Source of the DNA: Octopus bimaculoides
Lineage: Eukaryota
Reading direction: 5' to 3'
Assembly: GCF_001194135.2 (NCBI RefSeq)
Contig: NC_069004.1
Coordinates: 29,768,445 to 29,832,187, forward strand
DNA length: 63,743 nucleotides
Part shown: positions 1-13,932 of the stretch, piece after piece
Layout of the letters: every line of letters starts with the position of its first letter
How positions within the stretch are numbered: position 1 is the first letter of the stretch
Translations under genes and position numbers: made by a program
Notes under the pieces: generated by a model
Seen by the model: only the letters and a program-made list of their open reading frames with translations
Databases searched by the model: none
Told to the model about the DNA's origin: nothing

Positions 1-44
1 ATATATATATATATATATATATATACATACAGAGAGATAGATAG

Positions 45-76
<32 letters not shown>

Positions 77-1869
77 CTATATACATATATAAATATATAC
101 ATATAGATAGAAAGGTGAGAGGAAGGGCGTTAGATAAATAAATATAAAAACGCATGCAAACGTACATAGGCACATACTCACACACACACACACACATATC
201 CCATCGTCTCACATACACATGCATATACAATTACATATATACATACATGCATGCATATCTACATACACACGTACATATAATATTCGTATTCTCTTTGAGA
301 TGTATTACAGCTTTCTCAACTTGAAACTGTTTGACTATTTACCGATCAGCGTCTGATGTAAGACAGAGATATACATCTATGTTCATACACATATGCGTAT
401 ATATATATATATATATACATACAGATCTACACATACACACACACACACACACACGCACGCACACACACATACNNNNNNNNNNNNNNNNNNNNNNNNNNNN
501 NNNNNNNNNNNNNNNNNNNNNNNNNNNNNNNNNNNNNNNNNNNNNNNNNNNNNNNNNNNNNNNNNNNNNNNNNNNNNNNNNNNNNNNNNNNNNNNNNNNN
601 NNNNNNNNNNNNNNNNNNNNNNNNNNNNNNNNNNNNNNNNNNNNNNNNNNNNNNNNNNNNNNNNNNNNNNNNNNNNNNNNNNNNNNNNNNNNNNNNNNNN
701 NNNNNNNNNNNNNNNNNNNNNNNNNNNNNNNNNNNNNNNNNNNNNNNNNNNNNNNNNNNNNNNNNNNNNNNNNNNNNNNNNNNNNNNNNNNNNNNNNNNN
801 NNNNNNNNNNNNNNNNNNNNNNNNNNNNNNNNNNNNNNNNNNNNNNNNNNNNNNNNNNNNNNNNNNNNNNNNNNNNNNNNNNNNNNNNNNNNNNNNNNNN
901 NNNNNNNNNNNNNNNNNNNNNNNNNNNNNNNNNNNNNNNNNNNNNNNNNNNNNNNNNNNNNNNNNNNNNNNNNNNNNNNNNNNNNNNNNNNNNNNNNNNN
1001 NNNNNNNNNNNNNNNNNNNNNNNNNNNNNNNNNNNNNNNNNNNNNNNNNNNNNNNNNNNNNNNNNNNNNNNNNNNNNNNNNNNNNNNNNNNNNNNNNNNN
1101 NNNNNNNNNNNNNNNNNNNNNNNNNNNNNNNNNNNNNNNNNNNNNNNNNNNNNNNTATATATATATGTATGTATATGTATGTGTATGTATATGTTTGTGT
1201 CTGTGTTTGTTCCCCCAACATCGTTTGACAACCGATGCTGGTGTGTTTACGTCCCCGTAACTTAGCGGTTCGGCAAAGGAGACCGATAGAATAAGCCCTT
1301 TGGTCGAGCAAAGAATAAGTCCTGGGGTCGATTTGCCCGACTAAAGGCGGTACTCCAGCATGGCCGCAATCAAATGGCTGAAACAACTAAAAGAGAAAAA
1401 TAGTAAAAGAGTATATATATACATGCGCGTATGTCTACATATTGGCATATGTGTGTACATATGCACATATACATATATGCAAATACATACATGTGCATAT
1501 CTTATACATGTGTATATATAAACAGGACGTTTGATAACTCCTGACGATCTACTCCACGCTATTGAAACCTAACAGATAAATCATGCATGATAAAGCCAGA
1601 TAAACCAAGATTAAATAAACCATGATTCTTTCTGTTGACACAACAATAACTAATCTGAAGACCATTGACAATTAATCAGATCATCAGATAAACATGCAAC
1701 ATGATCAGAAATAAAGGGATTATGCGGAAGGTGAAGGTGTTTAAATAAAGGTGTTGGATAACATCAGAACATGTTTTAATGTCTTCCTGCTTCGCGTTAT
1801 ACATATTGAATGAGAAATGGCGTTTCTGGTCTATTTCATTGTTCTTGGCGTTTCTTTTGGCTTCAAATA

Positions 1870-2710
1870 TTGTCACAAGACTAGCAATTTCCGGGGAGAG
1901 GGTAAATTGTTTATATCGACCCCAGTGCTTAACTGGTATTTATTTAATTGGCTCTGAAACGATGAAAAGGGAAAGTCTATCCTGGCGGCGTTTAAACTCT
2001 GAACGTAAAATTGGAAGAAGCGCTGTGAAGCATTTTGTCCGGTGGGGTAACAATTCTGCCAGCTCACCGTCTCTCCCGGCGTTTATATTGGTTTCACATT
2101 TTGGCACAAGGCCAGAAATTTCCGGGAGTTGGGTAAGTCGACTACATCGACCCTAATGCTCCACTGGTACTTATTTTATTGAGCCTGAAAGATTGAAAGG
2201 TAGAGTTGACCTCGGCGAAATTTAAACTCAGAATATAAAAGTAGACGAAGTGCCGCTAAGTATTTTGCCCGGCGCAGTAACGATTCTTCCAGCCCGTCGC
2301 CTAAATTAAAAACAATTAATATATCGCGTAATTAATGCAGCAAGCCGACAGAATCGTTAACACGTTTCAAAATTCCGCCGAGGTCGACTTTACCCTTCAT
2401 CCTTTCGCAGTCAATAAATCAAGTACCAGTTGAGCACTGCGGTCGATGTTATTGACTTACCCCTTCTTCGGTAGTGTAGGCCTTGTTTCGGAAGGTGAAA
2501 CTTATAATTAAGGCGGACAAAACGAGCAGCCGCATTTCGTCCGCCTTTGCGCGCTGAGTTTAAATTCCACCCACGTCGACTTTACCTTTTATCCTTTCGG
2601 GGCCGATAAAATAACAACCAGTTGATCACTGGGGTCGATGTAATCGACTTACATCCCCACCACCACCACCCACCCCATCCCGGAATTGCTGGCAGTGTGC
2701 CAAAATTTGT
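1870..2710. mobile_element. Cluster of about 5 CORE-type SINE copies (family B)
   Basis: Repeated aaattccgccgaggtcgactttgcctttcatcctttcggggtcgataaa..aagtaccag in both orientations. Confidence 0.8.
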
Positions 2711-2764
2711 AACTAATACATCTCATAAACATTGAATATTAGTTAATGCTATTTTTGCTGTGGA

Positions 2765-3045
2765 GGCACATGGCCTAGTGGTTAGAGCAGCGGACTCGCG
2801 GTCGAGGGATCGCAGGTTCGAATCTCAGACCGGGCGATGTGTATGTTTATGAGCAAAGCACCTAAGCTCCACGCGGCTCTGGCAGAAGGTAATGGCGAAC
2901 TTCTGATGACTCTTTCGCCACAACTAGCAGCTCACCTGTGACGGACCGGTGTCCCGTCCAGGCAGGAAACCTATACACCAATGAAACCGGGAAACCGACC
3001 CTTATGAGCTAGGCATGGCTCGAGAAGGAACGAACAACAACAATA
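2765..3045 (+). mobile_element. tRNA-headed SINE with a V-domain-like segment and (AAC)n tail
   Basis: GGCACATGGCCTAGTGGTTAGAGCAGCGGACTCGCGGTCGAGGGATCGCAGGTTCGAATCTC head, then cctgtgacggaccggtgtcccgtccagg; no tRNA acceptor-stem 3' end. Confidence 0.75.
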
Positions 3046-3059
3046 TATTTGCTAATTAG

Positions 3060-3400
3060 TGAATACCCATAATTAAAACGTTTAATAATTACTTAATAAC
3101 AATTACTAATACATTTATTAATTACTGAATAACCATAATCAATATTGTTGCCAATTGATAAATAACTATTCTGATTCATTTAATAACCAATTATTAAACA
3201 TTATTAATACATTTCATAAATTCTTAATAACAATTACTTATACATGTTATAATTATTGATTAACCATTATCAATACGTTTGGTAATTAGCGAATAATTAT
3301 TGTTGATTCATTTAATAATCAATTAATAACCGTTGTTAATACATTAATCAACTAATGGCCATTAATATTATACATTTGTTAATTATTTTACAACCTTCGT
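3060..3400. repeat. Degenerate AT-rich tandem repeat, about 132-bp period, about 2.5 copies
   Basis: ttaataacaattact at about 3093 and 3225; tgattcatttaataa at about 3172 and 3304. Confidence 0.7.
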
Positions 3401-4114
3401 TAATTTTTAATCACTTTACAACATTTGTTAATTTTTTTAGTTACTGATTTTTTTAGTCACCTTTAGTGACATTTAAGATTTATTTTGCAACAACGTAATC
3501 TCAAAGTTGCCATTCGATCTGTTAGATGTAGCAACCTAATCGCCCTCAAATCACATCCTATCGCCATAATTAAAACAAAGCATACTGGGTAATAAAATCG
3601 TTATGTGCAGAGTGTACAACATGATCGAAAATGATTGGCATAATTATTATAAATACGTTCCGGCTGGTATGAACACAAATATGCTAATTGCTGTTGTGTT
3701 TAATATCGACGGTCTGGGTAAATTCCGGCTGACGAAACACAATATGTCGAAACACCGGTGCTTCAGAATCTCTTGTGCCAAAAACGCTAATGTGTTATGA
3801 AGACATCGTCGTCGTCAAAGGTAGGACTTGCTCTCCTGTGATGTACAGAACAGAGACTAAAGTATTTGGGTTCGAATCTACCGGGCAAGTATGAAGAATG
3901 AATATATTTCTTTTATCTTATATTTTTTTACTTGTATAAGTCATGAGACTGCAGTCATGCTGGGGCACCGCCTTGAAGAATTTTTAGTCAAATGGCATTT
4001 ATTCTATCGGTCTATTTCGCCCGAAAGCGAAGTGACGGGTACGTAAACACTCCAACAACGGTTGTCAGGCGGTTGTGGGGTACAAACACAGGCACAAAGA
4101 CACACACACACACG

Positions 4115-4115
<1 letters not shown>

Positions 4116-4178
<63 letters not shown>
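4116..4178. repeat. (GATA)n microsatellite inside a SINE
   Basis: Direct reading. Confidence 0.95.
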
Positions 4179-5067
4179 CGATGGTTTTCCTTCAGTTTCC
4201 CCTCTATCAAATTCACTCACAAAGCTTTGGTCGGGTAGGTTATCTCCTCTTCAGCAGCAGAGGCCCGAAAAGTATACACATACACACACGCACAAACATC
4301 CTAGATCACATTACAGTACTGCACGCATATTTGGGACAGTGCTGTTGTTACAAACACACACACACACACACATAAATACACACATCCTAAACCACATTGG
4401 TAACATGTTTGTAGTATAATATATATATACGATGGGATTCCACACAATTTCCGTCACCCAAATTCATTCACCAGGCATCGGTCGGCAAAGGGCTATTGTA
4501 GAAGACGCTTACTGCCATGCGGTGGAACCGAATGCAAAACCACGAGGCTGTGCAAAGCAAGGTTCTTAATCACACAAGCAGGTATAAACTACACATTACA
4601 TATAAAACGCTTTTAAAAAACCAAAACGGGAGGGTCACAGCTGGAACCTCAGAACTGACCAAAAGCTAAGCAAGCTTAAGACACATCAACAAGAACAACA
4701 ACGACGATGACGATGACAACAACCACATTTTAATATATATATTCCTCAAATGGTACGTTTCTGGCTAATTTCGAACTAACTGAAGTGATCGCAGACTTCA
4801 AAGAGGATTCCCAGCAGGAACGCTGTGGTTATTAGATCTCTTTCCATCTCTCTCTCGCTCTCCCGTAAAGATTATGGTAAAGATAATATTGTGACGTCTT
4901 TTGAGGAATTTTCTTCTTTTTTTTTTTGCGGCAAATGTTTCAAAGATGTGGATGTTGTGCTGGTTTAGATGATTTCCAAAGAAGCAATCGGCCACATTGC
5001 ATGTCGCTGTTAACATATTAACATCACTGGGAACGTTCACAAATAAGCCTGAACGCTCATCATCTGA

Positions 5068-5099
<32 letters not shown>

Positions 5100-5245
5100 T
5101 TGCGCACAAACATACATACATACATATACATGCATATATATATATATATGTATGTATATATGTATATGTGTATATATGTATATACATATATATATATATA
5201 CATATGTATGTATATGAATATATAGGTATGTATATGTATGTATGC

Positions 5246-5283
<38 letters not shown>

Positions 5284-5614
5284 ATGCATGTATGTATTAC
5301 ATATGCATATATATGTATGTATGCATACATGTATGTATTATATATGTGTATGTATATATATATATATATATATATAGTATGTGTGTGCCTGTGTGAGTGT
5401 GAGTATGTATGTATGCATGTATGTATGTATGTATGTATGTATGTGTTTGTATGTATGTGTGTGTGTATGTATGTATGCATATGCAAAGAGAGAGGATTGC
5501 ATTTTATTGGTCAGCATAAGTTTATTTGATCCAGTCGATGATATATTTCTATGCGGAGACATATCAACATCATCATCATCATCATCATGGCAATGACAAC
5601 GGCGACAAGGATGT

Positions 5615-5615
<1 letters not shown>

Positions 5616-5645
<30 letters not shown>

Positions 5646-5699
5646 AAGAAGAAGAAGAAGAAGAAGAAGAAGAAGAAGAAGAAGAAGAAGAAGAAGAAG
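5616..5699. repeat. (AAG)n microsatellite running into an N gap
   Basis: Direct reading. Confidence 0.95.
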
Positions 5700-7987
5700 N
5701 NNNNNNNNNNNNNNNNNNNNNNNNNNNNNNNNNNNNNNNNNNNNNNNNNNNNNNNNNNNNNNNNNNNNNNNNNNNNNNNNNNNNNNNNNNNNNNNNNNNN
5801 NNNNNNNNNNNNNNNNNNNNNNNNNNNNNNNNNNNNNNNNNNNNNNNNNNNNNNNNNNNNNNNNNNNNNNNNNNNNNNNNNNNNNNNNNNNNNNNNNNNN
5901 NNNNNNNNNNNNNNNNNNNNNNNNNNNNNNNNNNNNNNNNNNNNNNNNNNNNNNNNNNNNNNNNNNNNNNNNNNNNNNNNNNNNNNNNNNNNNNNNNNNN
6001 NNNNNNNNNNNNNNNNNNNNNNNNNNNNNNNNNNNNNNNNNNNNNNNNNNNNNNNNNNNNNNNNNNNNNNNNNNNNNNNNNNNNNNNNNNNNNNNNNNNN
6101 NNNNNNNNNNNNNNNNNNNNNNNNNNNNNNNNNNNNNNNNNNNNNNTATATATATAGTAATTTATATAGTAATAATTTATATAGTAATATATATATATAG
6201 TAATTTTACCTTGTACTTATTCTTAGTGCAAGTTTTGAAGAGTGCAGTTCGATTTTACCAATTATTTTTTCAAACCTATAACGGAAGTGACCAAGGAGCA
6301 TATTCGACATACTTGGCTTTATGGGTTCAATTGATGCATTGCTCCACATTATACATCAGGTCGGATTTATTTTGAATGCATCCATCGAAACATATGTAGA
6401 TTAAATGAAGATATAAATGATTTAATAACATCTAGAACATTTGTTTCCATTTTCAATTTTTCCTATGTTCTTCTAAATACGTCTCGCTTCTCCCCGGAAT
6501 CAACTCCCACATAAGTGTGATCATTGATTCCGAGGACACTTATGTGACATCTGGCTACCTTGTAATTATTCCCCTGTATCTTTCCTATAAAGTGAACATT
6601 CATATATATATATATATATATATATACATACATATATGTATATTGTTGTTGTTGTTGCTGGCACTCCGTCGCTTACGACGTCGATATATATGTAAGTATG
6701 TATATTTATGTATGTGTGCGCGCATGTGTATGTGTGTGTGTGTATGTATATATTATTTTATTTGCTTTAGTCATTTGGCTGTGGCCATGCTGGGGTACCG
6801 CCTTAAAGGGGTTTTTGTCGAAGAAATCGATCCCAGGACTTATTCTTATTTTACTGGTCTGCCCAACTGGTAAGTTACGGGAACGTAAACACACCAGCAT
6901 CGGTTGTCAAGTGAGTGTGGGGGACAAACACAGACACAAAGACATACACACATAAATATATACAGACATGTGTGTGTACGACAGGCTTCTTTCAGTTTCC
7001 GTCCACCAAATCCACTCACAAAGCTGTAGTCGGTCCGGGACTATAGTAGTAGGAAACACTTTCCCAAAGTGCCACTCAGTGGGACTGAACCCGGAACCAC
7101 GTGGTTGGGATACCCTGGATTCTATGGTTTATATATTGCGCACACACCCCACCTGGATGGGACGCCGGTCCGTCACAGGATTACTCATTTTTGCCAGCTG
7201 AGTGGACTGGAACAACATGAAATGAAGTGTTTTGCTCAAGAACACAACGTTTCGCCTGGTCCAGGAATCGAAACCACAATCTTACGATCGTGATTCCAAC
7301 ACCCTAACCACTAAGCCAAATACATCAAAATACATACATACATACACAATTATATTATGCATGTTTGTATATGTGTGTATGTATTTATATACATACATAT
7401 GTATTCGTATGTATGTATATTTTTCTGTATATGTGTATGTATAGATATATACATGTGTGCATGTTCGTATATGTATGTATGTATGTATGTATGTATGCAA
7501 GAATCTAATTGTAATAGACCCGTACCCTAGAGGCATATATTTCAAACATACTTGATATATATACATCGTACGCCGTCTGCCTCCGTTCAAAACCAGCCGC
7601 CATGACAGGAAAAATGTAAACAGACCAGAAAAATATAATGGCAATGAAGTATCTAAATAAATATGCAATAGACAGCGAAGGCGAAAACAAATTATATGTA
7701 AAACTGAGTAACAGCTCCGCATATCACAAGTTTAAACAGGAGCGATGAGGCGGATGCGGGTTGCAGCGAATTGACCCAGTCGTTAGATCGTTGGAGAAAT
7801 GTATCGCGGTATTTGTTCCGACTCTGAGTTCAAATCTTGTCACGGTCAACATTGTCTTTTATTCTTTAGGAGTCAAAAACAAGAACCAATCTAAGACCAT
7901 GGGTTTGCGGGACTATAGTAACGTCGAATCGAACGCCTTGACGTATTTGATCCGGATCTTGGCACATCGAGTTCCATTCCTCTCTCT

Positions 7988-8397
7988 CTTTTACTCTTTT
8001 ACTTGTTTCAGTCATTTGACTGCGGCCATGCTGGAGCACCGCCTTTAGTCGAGCAAATCGACCCCAGGCCTTATTCTTTGTAAGCCTAGTACTTATTCTA
8101 TCGGTCGCTTTTACCGAACCGCTAAGTTACGGGGACGTAAACACACCAGCATCGTTTGTCAAGCGATGTTGGTGGGACAAGCATAGACACACAAACACAC
8201 ACACATATATATATACACACATATACATATATACGACGATCTTCTTTCAGTTTCCGTCTACCAAATCCACTCACAAGGCTTTGGTCGGCCCGAGGCTATA
8301 GTAGAAGACACTTGCCCAAAGTGCCACGCAGTGGGACTGAACCCGGAACCATGTGGTTGGTAAGCAAGCTACTTACCACACAGCCACTCCTGCGCCT
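7988..8397 (-). mobile_element. Full-length copy of the dominant tRNA-derived SINE (family A)
   Basis: Head GGCGCAGGAGTGGCTGTGTGGTAAG...GGTTCAGTCCC, internal (TA/TG)n, tail ...gactgaaacaagtaaaagag. Other copies near 1190, 3930, 6755, 9900, 18815, 26525, 39540, 43935, 46365, 53560 and 55415. Confidence 0.9.
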
Positions 8398-9011
8398 ACC
8401 AACAAAAACTTGTGAATGGTTTCAGTAATTGAAAGTTTACTGCCAACAGTTTCATTTCCAAGACCATCTGGTGATGACGGAGCATTGCCCTGAGCTGAAT
8501 CGCCAACAGTAAAAGAAGAAGAATTTCCTTTAATATTTAAAAATATTCAAGCAACCAGGAAGAGCAGATACGCATGAATGCTTCTCTTTTGTGTCCGCCT
8601 GACACTGGAGTTATTGATAAAAACCAGTCCTAACTGAATTCAATATTTCCTTCAAAGGAATGGTTTTGATACCTCAAAGAATATTCTTCGAGACGCTGGT
8701 AATATCATTTCCTTTGAATATCGCCTGTTGACAAAAATCTTTTCCAAATGACGAAACGAAACTCGCTTCAAGAGAACGGATTGTCGAAAAACAAGTCTTT
8801 TGGACCGTGAGCCCATTGCTTCCGTTCCAATAAAGCTCGTCCGTTAATCATCTCAGATCAACCTGGATGGGAATATTAAGGTGAGGTTTGATGGCAGCGG
8901 ACAAATCGAATATCATATCGCAAGAATTCATGCCTTGCAAACAAGAAAATTATCTTTGAAAAGAAATTAAGGTTATAGCAACTGGAAAATCAATAGATAG
9001 AATAATACTGG

Positions 9012-9128
9012 TGATGGTATTCATGGTGGTGGTGGTGGTGGTGGTGGTGGTGGCAGTGGTAATGGTGGTGGTGGTGGTGGAGATGGTGCTGTGTCGTGGT
9101 GGTGGCGGTGGTGCCAGTGGGGATGGGG
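9012..9128. repeat. (GGT)n microsatellite running into an N gap
   Basis: Direct reading. Confidence 0.9.
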
Positions 9129-9854
9129 NNNNNNNNNNNNNNNNNNNNNNNNNNNNNNNNNNNNNNNNNNNNNNNNNNNNNNNNNNNNNNNNNNNNNNNN
9201 NNNNNNNNNNNNNNNNNNNNNNNNNNNNNNNNNNNNNNNNNNNNNNNNNNNNNNNNNNNNNNNNNNNNNNNNNNNNNNNNNNNNNNNNNNNNNNNNNNNN
9301 NNNNNNNNNNNNNNNNNNNNNNNNNNNNNNNNNNNNNNNNNNNNNNNNNNNNNNNNNNNNNNNNNNNNNNNNNNNNNNNNNNNNNNNNNNNNNNNNNNNN
9401 NNNNNNNNNNNNNNNNNNNNNNNNNNNNNNNNNNNNNNNNNNNNNNNNNNNNNNNNNNNNNNNNNNNNNNNNNNNNNNNNNNNNNNNNNNNNNNNNNNNN
9501 NNNNNNNNNNNNNNNNNNNNNNNNNNNNNNNNNNNNNNNNNNNNNNNNNNNNNNNNNNNNNNNNNNNNNNNNNNNNNNNNNNNNNNNNNNNNNNNNNNNN
9601 NNNNNNNNNNNNNNNNNNNNNNNNNNNNNNNNNNNNNNNNNNNNNNNNNNNNNNNNNNNNNNNNNNNNNNNNNNNNNNNNNNNNNNNNNNNNNNNNNNNN
9701 NNNNNNNNNNNNNNNNNNNNNNNNNNNNNNNNNNNNNNNNNNNNNNNNNNNNNNNNNNNNNNNNNNNNNNNNNNNNNNNNNNNNNNNNNNNNNNNNNNNN
9801 NNNNNNNNNNNNNNNNNNNNNNNNNNNNNNNNNNNNNNNNNNNNNNNNNNNNNN

Positions 9855-9887
<33 letters not shown>

Positions 9888-12800
9888 GTATATGTATTTA
9901 TGCGTCCGTGTTTCTTGACAACCTATGTTGATGTGTTTACGTCCCCATAACTAGAGGTTCGGCAAAAGACACCGATAAATTAAGTACTGGGGTCGATTTG
10001 TTCGACTAACGGTGGTGCTCCAGCATGGCCATGGTCAAATGAGTGAAACAAGTAGAAGAGTAAAAGTGTATGAGTTATCCATTCCTTGGTTACATCACAA
10101 AAGTTTTCATTTTCCGCAAAATATTTTTCAGTGAAAATAGGAGTTATTTCCCTTTATGGAGATAAAGGGGAAATAACTCTTATTTTTCACTAAAAATTCG
10201 ATCCCGTTCGACATTGTATCGTAAAGAATGATTTTCATAAAGATCCTGTGCATATTTTTACCCTTATATTTTTGTCTTCTAATTGGTTACATGATGACTT
10301 GGAATAAAAGAAAGTTTCATTAGTTATATATATATATATATATATTTAGTTATCTATTTATTACTTTATCAGATCAGATTGAATTTTTGATGCGAAGACG
10401 GGAGCTATTTCTCTTCCATTTCTATTTCTTTTGTCTAGGGGTAAATAACTTATTTAATGTTGTGACAATTGTACAGCTTAGCGACTGTACAGCTAATTGA
10501 TCAACATTATAGACGTTGATTAAAGTACATAGATACATACAAAACTGCCTGTTGTTGAGGTTGAAATTCCAATGAAGGAACCTTGGATCTCGGTTAGAAA
10601 CCGTCTCTTTCTCTATTGGCAAGAAATCTTTGTTTGTGCCTTTGTGTTTGTCCCTCACTACCGTTCAAGCAAAACAATATTGTTTTTATACATTGTGAAC
10701 AAGAAGCACGATCGCAACACAGAGCAGTTGCCCGGTGAAACCAATCGATCATGTGGTTCGATTTCGATCTATGTACAGGTAATTTTATGCCTCTAAATAA
10801 ATCCTATGGGGCCCAAGGCATTGATTTTCCCGATGAGCTATAATACTGCCGAGATGGCCCTGCATACATTCCCCATATATTCTGTAAATTTCGCCGCGAT
10901 TCATCACAGTTACCCTCGAATGTTTTTTTTTTGTTTTTTTCATTTGCTGCACGGGGCCGTTTTAAAATTTATTTATGTTATTTAAAACAAAAAGACTCTA
11001 CACATACGTATATGCTAATTATAAAAATTCCATTTACTTTTAAGAGAAGCTGAAAATTAAAAAAAAATAAACCTTTAAAAATTTTAATGTTTAACTAATT
11101 TTAGCCAATCAGAAGCCTTTATTATCGACACGCCGTGTCACTATATGAAAGAGAGCGCCGTGTATATTTATTTATTGAATCTGAAACGAGAATTTAATGA
11201 AAGAAGGAGAAAACGTTATAAAACCTCCCGAGGTTGAAGGTTCGTAACCCTTTCTTTTAATTATTATTATTAATTTCTCACAAAATATCATTGTTTAATT
11301 AGCATGTGTAGAAATATTTTAAAAAAGAAAACGATTAAAAGGTCCCGAACGTCTTCCAGCTGTAACCATCATCTCGCGTTTTCGGGACTATACAATAGGC
11401 ATTGATTGGCTGTTATTTCTAGCGTATCTAATAAGCGTGTAGAGGTTATGGTATAACTACAGTTTGATGCCCCGTTTTGTTTTCGTTGTTTTTCTCGTAA
11501 CTCTCTGAGAATTCATGTATTTTAATGAAGTTTTGTAGAGGTATATTCTTGTGTATGTAGATTAAGATTATATTGATGAAATTTGCTTAAAACAATTTTA
11601 AGGACTTTTGCATCATCCTTCTCTCTCCTCCTGACTTTTATTTCCTCATAACGGTTTAAAATGCATATTTTTAGATGATATTTTGCAGAAATTTGTTTTC
11701 GAGGGTGTTGATTAAAATTATATTCATAGAATTTGGAAAAAAAACAATTAGATTTTGAGGGTAGGTTTCGGAATCTGTCATTCTGCCTTGACTCTGTTAG
11801 CACCAATTTCCGTCGATTTAGCACTTTTCACATTCCTTTCAGATTTTATATCTTAGATATCAAAACTGTGTTATCTACCATATCTACTGTACAATCTAAT
11901 GTGTCGCTGCAACATTCCATTTAAAAGATAAACATGCTTCGGGAAATTATGCGGAAACAGTTGGTGGGGCATTATTCTATACATATGTTCTTGTTCCTTC
12001 ATTACTGGGATTTTTTTTCACTTGTCAGCACTTTCGAGACATGTTGTACTTAATACGTGGCAACACCTCGTAACTCTTTTGTTATCATATTTCCGTTGAA
12101 ATTTTAATGAATTTTAAAACCTTGGCGATATTCCAGAATGTTCTTCACCATTAGAAAACGATTTGTGGGCGGGGACTTGTTCCCTTTCATTTTTTTTTTT
12201 TTTTTTAGTCAGAAAGTATTGCTTATGATCCTTTATAGGGTTTCGAAAACTGTTGTGGGTGGGAAGAAAGATATCTTCAAACCGGTCCGAATGCTTACAA
12301 CAGAGTGGACTTGGCTAAAGATACTCGATTCCCCAGGTTGAGATGTTAAACCGGGCGAGATGTTACGCCTTCAGACTAAATTAGAAACAGTTATTATTAT
12401 CGTTATTGCACCGGACAAAATGCTTATTGACATTTCTTCCGACTACTGGCTCTGTGCCACAATTTCAAACCATTATAGGTTGCGGGGCACTGTTTTATAT
12501 CAACNNNNNNNNNNNNNNNNNNNNNNNNNNNNNNNNNNNNNNNNNNNNNNNNNNNNNNNNNNNNNNNNNNNNNNNNNNNNNNNNNNNNNNNNNNNNNNNN
12601 NNNNNNNNNNNNNNNNNNNNNNNNNNNNNNNNNNNNNNNNNNNNNNNNNNNNNNNNNNNNNNNNNNNNNNNNNNNNNNNNNNNNNNNNNNNNNNNNNNNN
12701 NNNNNNNNNNNNNNNNNNNNNNNNNNNNNNNNNNNNNNNNNNNNNNNNNNNNNNNNNNNNNNNNNNNNNNNNNNNNNNNNNNNNNNNNNNNNNNNNNNNN

Positions 12801-13886
12801 NNNNNNNNNNNNNNNNNNNNNNNNNNNNNNNNNNNNNNNNNNNNNNNNNNNNNNNNNNNNNNNNNNNNNNNNNNNNNNNNNNNNNNNNNNNNNNNNNNNN
12901 NNNNNNNNNNNNNNNNNNNNNNNNNNNNNNNNNNNNNNNNNNNNNNNNNNNNNNNNNNNNNNNNNNNNNNNNNNNNNNNNNNNNNNNNNNNNNNNNTATG
13001 TTCTGAGTTCAAATTCCGCCGAGGTCAACTTTGCCTTTCATCCTTTCGAGGTCGATAAATCAAGTACCAGTTGCGTACTGGGGGTCGATTTAATCGACTG
13101 GTCCCCTCCCCAAAAATTTCGGGCCTTGTGCCTGGAGTAGAAAAACATTATTATTATCATTAAAGCAGGGAGCTGGCAGAATCGTTAACACGCTAGACGA
13201 AATGCTAAGCGATATTTCGTCCGTCACTAGGTTCTGGGTTCAAATTCCGCCAAGGTTGACTTTGCCTTTCATCCTTTCAGGGTCGATAAATTAAGTACCA
13301 GTGAAACACTGGGGTCGATGTAATCTACTAGTGCCCTCCCTAACATTTCAGGCCTTGTGCCTTCTGTAGGTGGTCATTTAAGGTGGTCAGCTGACAGAAT
13401 CGTTAGCACACTGGACAAAATAAGTAGCAGTATTTCACCCATCATTACATTCTCAGTTCAAATTCCGCTGAGGTTCACTTTGCCTTTCATCCTTTTGGGG
13501 TTGATGAAATAGGTACCGGTTACACACTGGGGTCAATGAAATCGACCATCTCTCTCCCCCAAATTTCTGGCCTTAGCATAAAAGTGACAAGCTGGCAGGA
13601 TCATTAGCACGCAGGCAGAATGCTTAGCAGCAATTCATCCACCTTGACGTTTTGAGTTTAAATTCTGGCGAGGTCAGCTTTGCCGTTAATTTTTTGGGGG
13701 TCGATAAAATAAGTACCAGTAAAACTCTGGGGTTGATGTAATCAACTAGTCCCCCTCCCCACAAATTTCAGGCCTTGTGCCTTTAATAGAAAGAATCATT
13801 GTTAATACAGTTCTATATTTAAGAGATGAGGAATTATTTACATTATTTACATTTGACAGATATTTGTCCTCATCTTGTTTGTTGTT

Positions 13887-13932
13887 AACACAACGTTTCA
13901 GCTGATATACCCTCCAGCCTTCATCAGGTGTT
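13887..13932 (-). ncRNA. Minimal type I hammerhead ribozyme motif (best-preserved copy of the family)
   Basis: Minus strand AACAC-CTGATGA-A-GGCTG(gagggtatat)CAGCT-GAAAC-GTT-GTGTT: intact core, 5-bp stems I and II, palindromic AACGTT stem III. Confidence 0.75.

Noticed and set aside
331-1386. Long ORFs spanning N runs (also at 5.5, 9.0, 12.4, 24.9, 29.1, 40.7, 48.0 and 59.7 kb)
   Set aside because: Open only because N translates to X; the flanks are microsatellites.
2765-2830. Possible tRNA gene (also 23222, 14165 and 56862)
   Set aside because: A and B boxes are present but there is no acceptor-stem pairing, and each runs into a SINE body.
3603-3822. 65-aa ORF followed by a GTAGG donor
   Set aside because: No recognisable homology and no compatible partner exon found.
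4798-5596. His/Thr/Tyr/Ile-rich and Val/Cys/Met-rich ORFs
   Set aside because: Translations of (CA)n, (TA)n and (TATG)n repeats.
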